Of a stretch of 64,000 nt of DNA, positions 56,494 through 64,000 are shown in pieces. Position numbers and translations under genes: made by a program. Location: assembly GCA_964576115.1 (NCBI GenBank), contig CAZNUA010000013.1, forward strand, positions 1 through 64,000. The letters are read 5' to 3'. The notes below the pieces were generated by a model, which worked only from the letters and a program-made list of their open reading frames with translations, made no database searches and had not been told where the DNA came from. Source of the DNA: an uncultured Gemmatimonadota bacterium. GTDB taxonomy: Bacteria; Blakebacterota; Blakebacteria; Blakebacterales; Blakebacteraceae. Position 1 is the first letter of the stretch, and every line of letters begins with the position of its first letter.

Positions 56494-59160
56494 TCAGTCG
56501 CTCTTGAGAGTATCCACGGGGTCGACCCGGGTGGCCCGCCGGGTCGGCACCCAGCAGGCCGCCGTCGCCACCACCAGGAGCAGGGCCGCCACCGCTGCGA
56601 ACGTGAGCGAATCGGTCGGCTCGATCCCGAAGAGCAGACCGCTCATGACCCGGGATAGAAACAGCGCCGCGATCAGTCCGAGCCCCAGGCCGATCCCGGC
56701 CAGCTGCAGGCCCTCCCACATGAAGAGCCCGACGATACCCGACGGTCCGGCCCCCAGGGCCATGCGGATGCCGATCTCGTGATGGCGCTGGATCACTGCC
56801 CGGGAGAGCACTCCGTAGATCCCGACCGCGGCCAGGACCAGGGCGATCCCGGCATAGAGGCTGAACAGGGTCATGGGAAATCGGCGGGCGGTGATCGATC
56901 GCTCCAGACCCGTGTCGAGGGGGCGGAAACTGAAGGCCGCTTCGGAGGTGTGCGAACCGACCAGGTCTCGGACCGCTGAGGCGGCGGCGAGCGGATCGTC
57001 GCCGGTGCGGATGACGAAGGTCCCGTACGGCCAGGTCTGCTGGGTGCAGGGGACGTACATGCAGGGCAGGGGTGCGGCGTCGAGATCGGAATCGGCCACG
57101 TCCCCCACGATCCCGATGATCTCCATCTCGGTCGGATCCAGGGAGGTAATATCCACTTCGGGGTGGATGTGCTGACCGATCGGATCGGAATCGGGCCACC
57201 ACATCCGGGCCGCGGTCTGGTTGATCAGGATCACGCCGGGTGTCTCCCGGCTTTCATCACCTGTGAACATCCGCCCCCGTATCAGAGGGATCCGCAGGGT
57301 TTCGAAGTACGACGGGGTGACCGAGTAGTAGAGGGTGCTCGGCCGCTCGCCCGACGGAATCTCATCCTGGCCGGCTTTCAGGAAGGTCGTGCGGAAGCCT
57401 CGCTCCAGGGGGATGTGCGAGCCCGCTCCCGCCGCCCGGATGCCGGGCAGGGCGGCGATCTGTTCGGACATCGAGAGGTAGAATTCCCCCCGGCGGATGA
57501 CGTGATAATCCTGCCAGCGCTGCGACATCGAGAAAGTGAGTACGTTCTTGGGATCGAACCCGGGATCAACCTCCATCATGTTCCGGAAACTCCGGATCAG
57601 CAGGCCGGCGCCGATCAGCAGGATCAGCGCCAGGCCGGTCTCGAGCACGATCAGGCCCCGCCGAGCCAGCCGCTGAACCGGGGCGCTGGTGTGCCGGCCG
57701 GCATCGCTCAGGGCGCTCGAGAGGTTCACCCGGGCGAACTGCCAGGCCGGGAGCGACCCGAAGATGAGACCGGTGGCGACCGCGATACCGAGCGAGAAGA
57801 TCAGGACGGGAGTGTTGACGGCGATCTCCCCCAGACGGGGGAAGTCGGCCGGGATCAGAACGGTCAGGATCCGGGTTCCCCACCAGGCCAGCACGATGCC
57901 GAGGACGCCACCGAGCAGGCCGTAGAGGATGCTCTCGGTCAGGACCTGCCGGACGAGGGCGCTGCGACCGGCTCCCAGTGAAGCCCGTACTGCCAGTTCG
58001 CCCCTCCGCCCGCTCCGGCTCAGGAGCAGGTTGGCTACGTTGGTGCAGGCGATCAGCAAAACCAGCAGGGTCGCCCCGCCGAGCAGGAAGAGCAGGGTGC
58101 GCACCCGGCTCGATGTCTGAGAGTGCAGGCTCACGAGGTTGAAACCATGCTCGGTATTCGTTTCGGGGAACTCCGCGGTGAGCTGTTCGGCGATTGCCTC
58201 CATGTGGGTCTGCGCGGTGGCCAGGTCGATTCCCTCGTTCAGGCGGCCGACGGCGAGCAGGACCGGCCATTCCCGGTGCTGGCGTTCGTTCTGTTCCCGG
58301 GCGGTGGCTGTCCAGACTTCGGCGCCGGCGACAGCGACGGGGAAATCGAATTCGGGGGGCAGGATCCCGATCACGGCATGAGTGATTCCGTCGAGTTCGA
58401 CGGTCCGTCCGATCGCATCGGGATCGGCTTGCAGGTAACGTTGCCAGAAGCCATGAGAGACAACGACCACGTCGGCCGCTCCGGCCACGTCGTCTTCTGC
58501 GGTCAAGAGGCGTCCCCGGGCGGCCGGAACGCCGAGGATTCGGAAGAACTCGGCGTCGGCCCGGCCGCCGTGAATGCGCTCGGGCAGGTCGATTCCGGTC
58601 AGGGTGTGCCGGGTCGGGTGGAAACCGCCGATGCCTGCGAATACCCGGTTCTGCGCCCGCCACTCCTCCAGGTTGGGATAGGAACAGGCACCCTCGGTCA
58701 TGTTGCGCGTGCGGAAGGTTTCCCAGACCATGACCAGACGGTCGGGATCACCGAAGGGCAGGGGTTTGAGGATGACGGGGTGCAGTACGCTGAAGATCGA
58801 GGTCGTGGCCCCGATGCCCAGAGCCAGGCAGGTGATGACCACGAAGGTGTGACCCGGCCGGCGGGCCATGCCGCGCAGGCCGATCCGGACATCTCTGGTC
58901 AGGGTGGAGAAGAAGCGGCCGATGCCCTCGCTGCGCAGGCGTTTTTCCCCCAGGTCCCGGCATCCATCGCGGGCCTTTTCGGCATCGCCGAACTGCGCCC
59001 GGGCCCGGGCCCGGGCTTCATCTTCGGACAGACCTTCGGCCATGAGCCGGTCGGTGAGTTCCTCGAGGTGAAAGAGGAACTCCTCGCTGATGTTTTCCTC
59101 CAGGTGGCGGTGGTTCTCCTCCCGCCGGAAGAGACGTTTCCATCCAGGTGCAGGCGTCAT
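56494..59160 (-). CDS. ADOP-type orphan ABC permease with permease-prefix domain
   Basis: EEFLFHLEE..ARAQFG, LLIACTNVANL, GFDPKNVL, EIGIRMALGA. Confidence 0.9.
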   Translation of the reverse strand: MTPAPGWKRLFRREENHRHLEENISEEFLFHLEELTDRLMAEGLSEDEARARARAQFGDAEKARDGCRDLGEKRLRSEGIGRFFSTLTRDVRIGLRGMARRPGHTFVVITCLALGIGATTSIFSVLHPVILKPLPFGDPDRLVMVWETFRTRNMTEGACSYPNLEEWRAQNRVFAGIGGFHPTRHTLTGIDLPERIHGGRADAEFFRILGVPAARGRLLTAEDDVAGAADVVVVSHGFWQRYLQADPDAIGRTVELDGITHAVIGILPPEFDFPVAVAGAEVWTATAREQNERQHREWPVLLAVGRLNEGIDLATAQTHMEAIAEQLTAEFPETNTEHGFNLVSLHSQTSSRVRTLLFLLGGATLLVLLIACTNVANLLLSRSGRRGELAVRASLGAGRSALVRQVLTESILYGLLGGVLGIVLAWWGTRILTVLIPADFPRLGEIAVNTPVLIFSLGIAVATGLIFGSLPAWQFARVNLSSALSDAGRHTSAPVQRLARRGLIVLETGLALILLIGAGLLIRSFRNMMEVDPGFDPKNVLTFSMSQRWQDYHVIRRGEFYLSMSEQIAALPGIRAAGAGSHIPLERGFRTTFLKAGQDEIPSGERPSTLYYSVTPSYFETLRIPLIRGRMFTGDESRETPGVILINQTAARMWWPDSDPIGQHIHPEVDITSLDPTEMEIIGIVGDVADSDLDAAPLPCMYVPCTQQTWPYGTFVIRTGDDPLAAASAVRDLVGSHTSEAAFSFRPLDTGLERSITARRFPMTLFSLYAGIALVLAAVGIYGVLSRAVIQRHHEIGIRMALGAGPSGIVGLFMWEGLQLAGIGLGLGLIAALFLSRVMSGLLFGIEPTDSLTFAAVAALLLVVATAACWVPTRRATRVDPVDTLKSD

Positions 59161-59519
59161 GAGCTGGTTCCCTTTTCATCTCCCCAGGAGATCTCGAGAA
59201 CTTTGCAGACGGCGCCGGCATGATGTTTCCAGGCTTCAACGGCCCGGGCGAGTTCCTTCCGGCCGGCGGGGGTCAGGTCGTAGAATTTGGCCCGGCGCCG
59301 CTTCTCCGAGATCTGCCACTCGCTGGTGAGAAGGCCCTCCTTCTGGAGTCGATGCAGGGCGGGGTAGAGGGCGGCATCTTCGACCTGGAGGTAGTCGTCG
59401 CTGCGCTGCCTGATCTCATCGAGGATGGCCAGGCCGTGCAGGGGACCGTGGGAACTGATGATCTTGAGGATCAGCAGGTCGACTGTCCCGTAGAGGTGGC
59501 GGGCCATGATGCGGGGCAT
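59157..59519 (-). CDS. PadR family regulator (acidobacterial ADOP type)
   Basis: GTVDLLIL, LHGLAI, LYPALHRL, RRRAKFY. Confidence 0.92.
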   Translation of the reverse strand: MPRIMARHLYGTVDLLILKIISSHGPLHGLAILDEIRQRSDDYLQVEDAALYPALHRLQKEGLLTSEWQISEKRRRAKFYDLTPAGRKELARAVEAWKHHAGAVCKVLEISWGDEKGTSS

Positions 59520-59534
59520 CCGGGGCTCCTTTTA

Positions 59535-59562
59535 CCTAAGATATTTATATCAATTGTTTAGG
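59535..59562. promoter_or_regulatory. AT-rich inverted repeat upstream of padR (candidate operator)
   Basis: CCTAA-gatat.tt.atatc-aattgt-TTAGG. Confidence 0.45.
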
Positions 59563-59837
59563 CATACGTGCTTTCCCGATCGATGTTCCCGGGGATGACG
59601 AGTTTTTCCTGACGGGAGAAATTGTGTCGTAGCAGAGCCCATTGTACATCAGGTGATACCGCTCGGGAGACTGCCGGGAGGGAGCGGGATGATTCGGGGT
59701 TGTCACGTCCGGGTCGGCACGGGATACTCGATGCGGTTTGAAGATTGTGACATGGCATGACCTGTGACACGGTATGACTACAAAAGCATCACGGAAAGAG
59801 CGTCAGGGCACAGCACGACGGGCAGAGGAGACAGGTC

Positions 59838-61349
59838 ATTCAGATCGGATTCGACAACGACAGATATCTCAGCGAGCAGAGTGCCGCCATCCGCGAGCGG
59901 GCCGCGGGATTCGAGAACAAGCTCTATCTCGAATTCGGCGGCAAACTGATCTACGACTTCCATGCCGCCCGGGTTCTCCCCGGCTTCGAGCCCACGGTGA
60001 AGATGCAGCTTCTCAACCGGCTCAAGGATCAGGTCGAGGTCCTGCTCTGCATCTATGCCGGTGACATCGAGCGCAAGAAACTCCGGGCCGATTTCGGGGT
60101 GACGTACGATCTGGACGCCATGCGTCTGATCGATGAGCTCCGCGAGTGGGAGGTCATGGTCCGAGCGGTGGTCGTGACCCGCTTCGACGGTCAGCCGGCG
60201 GCCCAACAGTTCATGAACCGGCTCGAACGGCGCGGCATGAGGGTATATGTCCATGCGGCCACCGAAGGGTATCCGACCGATGTGGACACGATCGTCAGCG
60301 AGCGGGGGTACGGCGCCAACGAGTACATCGAGACCGAACGGCCGATCGTGGTCGTCACCGCACCCGGGCCGGGCAGCGGCAAACTGGCTACCTGCCTCTC
60401 CCAGCTCTACCACGATCACCTGCGGGGGATCCGGTCGGGGTACGCGAAATTCGAGACTTTCCCGATCTGGAATCTGCCTCTCAAACACCCGGTCAATATC
60501 GCCTACGAGGCCGCCACCGCCGATCTGGGCGATTTCAATCAGGTCGATCCCTTCCACCTCGAAACCTACGGGCAGACGGCGATCAACTACAACCGGGATG
60601 TCGAGGTCTTTCCGGTTCTCAAGCGGATTCTGGAGAAGATCACCGGCGAACGGTCCCTCTATGCCTCTCCGACCGACATGGGCGTGAACCGGGCCGGCTT
60701 CGCGATTTCCGACGACAGTGTCGTCCAGGCCGCCGCCGTTCAGGAAATCATCCGCCGGTACTTCCGGGCCGGGTGCGAGTACGCCATGGGCATCGCCGAG
60801 GCCGAGACGGTCCAGCGGGTCGAACTGCTGATGAAGGAGGTCGGGGTCGAGCCCCGCGACCGACCGGTGGTCGTCCCCGCCCGCCGGGCCGCCGAGGAGG
60901 GCGAGCAGCAGGAGAGGGGCAGCGAAGGGGTGTATGTCGGAGCGGCACTGGCTCTGCCCGACGGCACCATCGTGACCGGCAAGAACTCCCCCCTGATGCA
61001 CGCCGCCTCGGCCCTGATCCTGAACGCCATCAAGCAGCTGGCCGGGCTGCCCGACAGCCTGCCCCTGCTGCCCGAGAACGTCATCGCCTCGATCGAACGG
61101 CTCAAGTCCGACGCCTTGAACTCAGAGCGTCTCAGTCTCGACCTCGACGAAACCCTCATTGCCCTGAGTATCAGCGCCACCACCAATCCCGCCGCCGAGG
61201 TCGCCATGGACAAACTGGGCGAACTGCGGGGCTGCGACATGCATCTGACTCATATGCCGACCCCGGGTGACGAGGCCGGTCTGCGCCAGCTCGGTATCAA
61301 CCTGACCAGCGACCCCGGCTTCGCTAGCAAGAGTCTGCTGATATCCTGA
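59838..61349 (+). CDS. DUF1846 (UPF0371) protein with a probable ATT start codon
   Basis: Conserved N-terminus QIGFDNDRYL..KLYLEFGGKL..HAARVLPG lies upstream of the tracked GTG; GAGGAG RBS 7 nt before ATT; P-loop-like APGPGSGKL; YAKFETFP. Confidence 0.85.
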   Translation: MQIGFDNDRYLSEQSAAIRERAAGFENKLYLEFGGKLIYDFHAARVLPGFEPTVKMQLLNRLKDQVEVLLCIYAGDIERKKLRADFGVTYDLDAMRLIDELREWEVMVRAVVVTRFDGQPAAQQFMNRLERRGMRVYVHAATEGYPTDVDTIVSERGYGANEYIETERPIVVVTAPGPGSGKLATCLSQLYHDHLRGIRSGYAKFETFPIWNLPLKHPVNIAYEAATADLGDFNQVDPFHLETYGQTAINYNRDVEVFPVLKRILEKITGERSLYASPTDMGVNRAGFAISDDSVVQAAAVQEIIRRYFRAGCEYAMGIAEAETVQRVELLMKEVGVEPRDRPVVVPARRAAEEGEQQERGSEGVYVGAALALPDGTIVTGKNSPLMHAASALILNAIKQLAGLPDSLPLLPENVIASIERLKSDALNSERLSLDLDETLIALSISATTNPAAEVAMDKLGELRGCDMHLTHMPTPGDEAGLRQLGINLTSDPGFASKSLLIS

Positions 61350-61354
61350 CCGGG

Positions 61355-62281
61355 ATGGGAAGAGTGAGGAATACATCTCTGGCAATCACCGGTCTGCTCC
61401 TGATGTGTACGGTTCTGACCGCCTGTCAGGGAGAAGGGGCCATGGAGGAAATCGCCCGGAACATACCCACCGAAGTCGGAGGCTGGACGGCCGCCGGATC
61501 CGATCGGACCTATGACCGGGAGACCCTGTTCGATTACATGAACGGCGGGGCGGAGATCTACCTGGCTTTTGATTTCCGCGGCGTGTTGACCAGACGCTAT
61601 CACGCTGAGGACGCCGGAGATCCGGCCCTGACCGATGAGATCGTCCTCGATATCTACGATATGGGCTCCTCGGCCGAAGCCTTCGGGGTTTTCAGCTGCG
61701 ATGTCGAAGACGAACCGGCCGGGATCGGTCAGGGTTCGGAGTACGGGTACGGACTGCTCCGCTTCTGGCAGGGAAGGTTCTTTGTTTCGATACTCACCTC
61801 GGGTAGTCTCGAAACCGCCGAAGCGGCCATCCTGGAACTGGGACGGACCGTTGCGGACGTCCTCGGCCCGACCGGTCCGGAACCGGAGCTGCTCGCTCTG
61901 CTGCCCTCCGTCGGCCGGCTCGACAACCGGACCGGCTACTTCCACGGCAATGTCACGCTGAACGTCCGCTTTTTCATCGCCAGCGATAACATTCTCGGTC
62001 TGGACCGTGATACAGATTGCGCCATCGCCGAGTACGAGCGTGGCGAAACCGGGAAAGTCACGCTTCTGATCGTCCGCTATCCGGATCCCGACCGGGCCGC
62101 GGCGGCGGAGAGCACGTTCCGGACAATATACCTCTCGGCGGCCGGTGAATCGGGCGAGGAACAGATGGACGACGGTGGCTGGACCCGGGTGATGAGAGAG
62201 GAGACCGTTCTCGCCCTGGTCTTTGATGCTCCGACGGTAGAAATCGCCCGGGAGCTGCAGGCAGAAATCCGCTTCCCCTGA
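61355..62281 (+). CDS. Putative lipoprotein (DUF6599-like)
   Basis: Lipobox LTAC; LFDYMNGGAEIY, IYDMGS..AFGVFS. Confidence 0.7.
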   Translation: MGRVRNTSLAITGLLLMCTVLTACQGEGAMEEIARNIPTEVGGWTAAGSDRTYDRETLFDYMNGGAEIYLAFDFRGVLTRRYHAEDAGDPALTDEIVLDIYDMGSSAEAFGVFSCDVEDEPAGIGQGSEYGYGLLRFWQGRFFVSILTSGSLETAEAAILELGRTVADVLGPTGPEPELLALLPSVGRLDNRTGYFHGNVTLNVRFFIASDNILGLDRDTDCAIAEYERGETGKVTLLIVRYPDPDRAAAAESTFRTIYLSAAGESGEEQMDDGGWTRVMREETVLALVFDAPTVEIARELQAEIRFP

Positions 62282-62324
62282 CAGGGGAAGCGGAATGCAA
62301 CCCTCGCAACGGGGAGAGCCGCTG

Positions 62325-63218
62325 ATGACTCGCCTGATCGTTCGTCGAGATTTTTTGAAAGAGAGCACCTGCGCCGCACTCGGCACCGCGGTGGGATTGA
62401 GCCCGCGTACGGAATCGCGGAACCAGGCTGGAGACACAACCGCCCGGGTGGTTCTGATCAGGCACCCCGAGGCGGTCGTGGCCGGCTCGAATTTCAACGC
62501 TCCGGTCATCCGGCAGATGCTCGACGAGGCGGTCGCCGCTCTGCTCGGGGCTCCAGACGGCGCCGCCGCTTTCGGCGCTCTGATCAAGCCTGGCGAGGTG
62601 GTGGGGATCAAGACCAACGTCTGGTCGTATCTACCCACCCCGGCCGAGGTTGAGGAGGCGTTGCGCGAGCGGGTGCTGGGCGCCGGTGTGGCCGAGGACG
62701 ATCTCGCCATCGACGATCACACCTGCCGGACCAATCCCGTCTTCAAGCGGGCCACGGCCCTGATCAACGTGCGTCCGATCCGGACCCACTACCTGGCCGG
62801 TATGAGCGGCTGTATCAAGAACTACATCATGTTTGCCGCTTCGCAGCCGGCTTTGCATCCCGACAGCTGTGCCGATCTCGGTTCGACCTTCAACCTGCCG
62901 ATCGTTCGGGGGAAGACCCGGCTCAATATCCTCTGCTGTCTCACCCCGCAGTTTCATGGACGGGGGCCGCACCATTTCAGCCGCCGCTACGTCTGGGACT
63001 ACCGGGGTATTCTGGTCGGGCGGGATCCGGTGGCGGTGGATACGATCGGTCTGGAACTGATCAAGGCCAAGCGTCGGGAAGTGCTGGGTCCCGGACAGGA
63101 ACTGCCACCGGTGCCCAAGCATATCCAGCTGGCCGATACCCGGCACGGGATCGGCACGAGCGATCTGAACCGCATCGAACTCATCCGACTGGGCTGGGAA
63201 GAGGGTATTCTGATCTGA
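62325..63218 (+). CDS. DUF362 domain protein with Tat-like signal
   Basis: RRDFLK; VGIKTN, THY..GMSGCIKN, DPVAVD. Confidence 0.75.
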   Translation: MTRLIVRRDFLKESTCAALGTAVGLSPRTESRNQAGDTTARVVLIRHPEAVVAGSNFNAPVIRQMLDEAVAALLGAPDGAAAFGALIKPGEVVGIKTNVWSYLPTPAEVEEALRERVLGAGVAEDDLAIDDHTCRTNPVFKRATALINVRPIRTHYLAGMSGCIKNYIMFAASQPALHPDSCADLGSTFNLPIVRGKTRLNILCCLTPQFHGRGPHHFSRRYVWDYRGILVGRDPVAVDTIGLELIKAKRREVLGPGQELPPVPKHIQLADTRHGIGTSDLNRIELIRLGWEEGILI

Positions 63219-63271
63219 GCGGCCCGGCCTCCGGATAATTGCAGGGCAGGCTTGCTGCCGGGAGAGGTGAT

Positions 63272-64000
63272 ATGAAGAACCACAGTCGGTTCAAGACCGC
63301 CGCCGGCTGTCTGATGGTCGTTCTGCTGACTCTGGGGTCGGTGCCGACCGTCATGAACGCCCAGACTCCATCCGCTCTGACCTATGAGAGTTCCCTGCTC
63401 TGGTCGAAGGCCTACGATATCGCCCTGACCGGTGATCTGGCCTGCTGCGCCTTCCTCAACGGGCTGGTGATCCTCGATATCAGCGATCGATCCGATCCGG
63501 TTCTGCTCTCCCGGCTCTATCTGGGCGGAGGAAACGCCGTCGCCGTCGAGGGTTCGTACGCCTATCTCGCGGCCGGACGGGAGGGCCTGCAGATCGTGGA
63601 CATCTCNNNNNNNNNNNNNNNNNNNNNNNNNNNNNNNNNNNNNNNNNNNNNNNNNNNNNNNNNNNNNNNNNNNNNNNNNNNNNNNNNNNNNNNNNNNNNN
63701 NNNNNNATCCGACGGCACCGACAGCGGTGGCGACACTGACCACCTCGGGCTATGCCCACGGGATCGCAGCAGCCGGCGACCGGGCGTATGTCGGCGGCCT
63801 CTATGACGGCGGGATTCAGCTGGTGGACATCGGCGATCCGGCGGCACCGGTCGAAATCTCGGTCACGAAGTACACCATGTACAACGAGGCCTGGGAGGTG
63901 GCGGTCGATGAAACCGATGTCTTCGTGGTGGACTATTTCGCCGGGGTCTTCATCCTCGAGCGGGGCGATCCGGTCCGGCTGCGGACGAGGGGACACTACT
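63272..64000 (+). CDS. Secreted LVIVD-repeat protein (interrupted by N gap 63607-63706, runs off the window)
   Basis: GLVILDISD..P, YAYLA..GLQIVDI, and after the gap GIQLVDI.DP..P. Confidence 0.75.

Overview
GC-rich bacterial scaffold, probably a metagenome assembly (two 100-N gaps), from an anaerobic or facultative diderm; the four PadR regulators and four ADOP-type orphan ABC permeases resemble Acidobacteria/Gemmatimonadota-like lineages, but taxonomy cannot be fixed from this window. About 50 genes: central carbon metabolism (glgC, class I aldolase, pgi-type, pyk), many redox enzymes, secreted hydrolases (GH78, GGT), an NrdR-boxed class III ribonucleotide reductase operon with an embedded CxxC redoxin, and a sulfur-relay operon (HTH+PocR-like regulator, SQR-like, DUF1641, TusE/DsrC, DsrE2). 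Highlights not visible in the ORF track: (1) a DsrE-like selenoprotein read through an in-frame UGA (UxxC, 4712-5074) with a SECIS-like hairpin; (2) a ~9.5 kb lower-GC island (subtilase-vWA protease, small Cys protein, membrane protein, Ser/Thr kinase; no integrase) bracketed by an exact 70-bp repeat of the 3' end of an ADOP permease gene; (3) a DUF1846 gene that appears to start at ATT; (4) phased TGCA repeats upstream of the sulfur operon regulator; (5) a ~170-bp MITE-like element. All family calls come from motif recognition by eye, not database searches.
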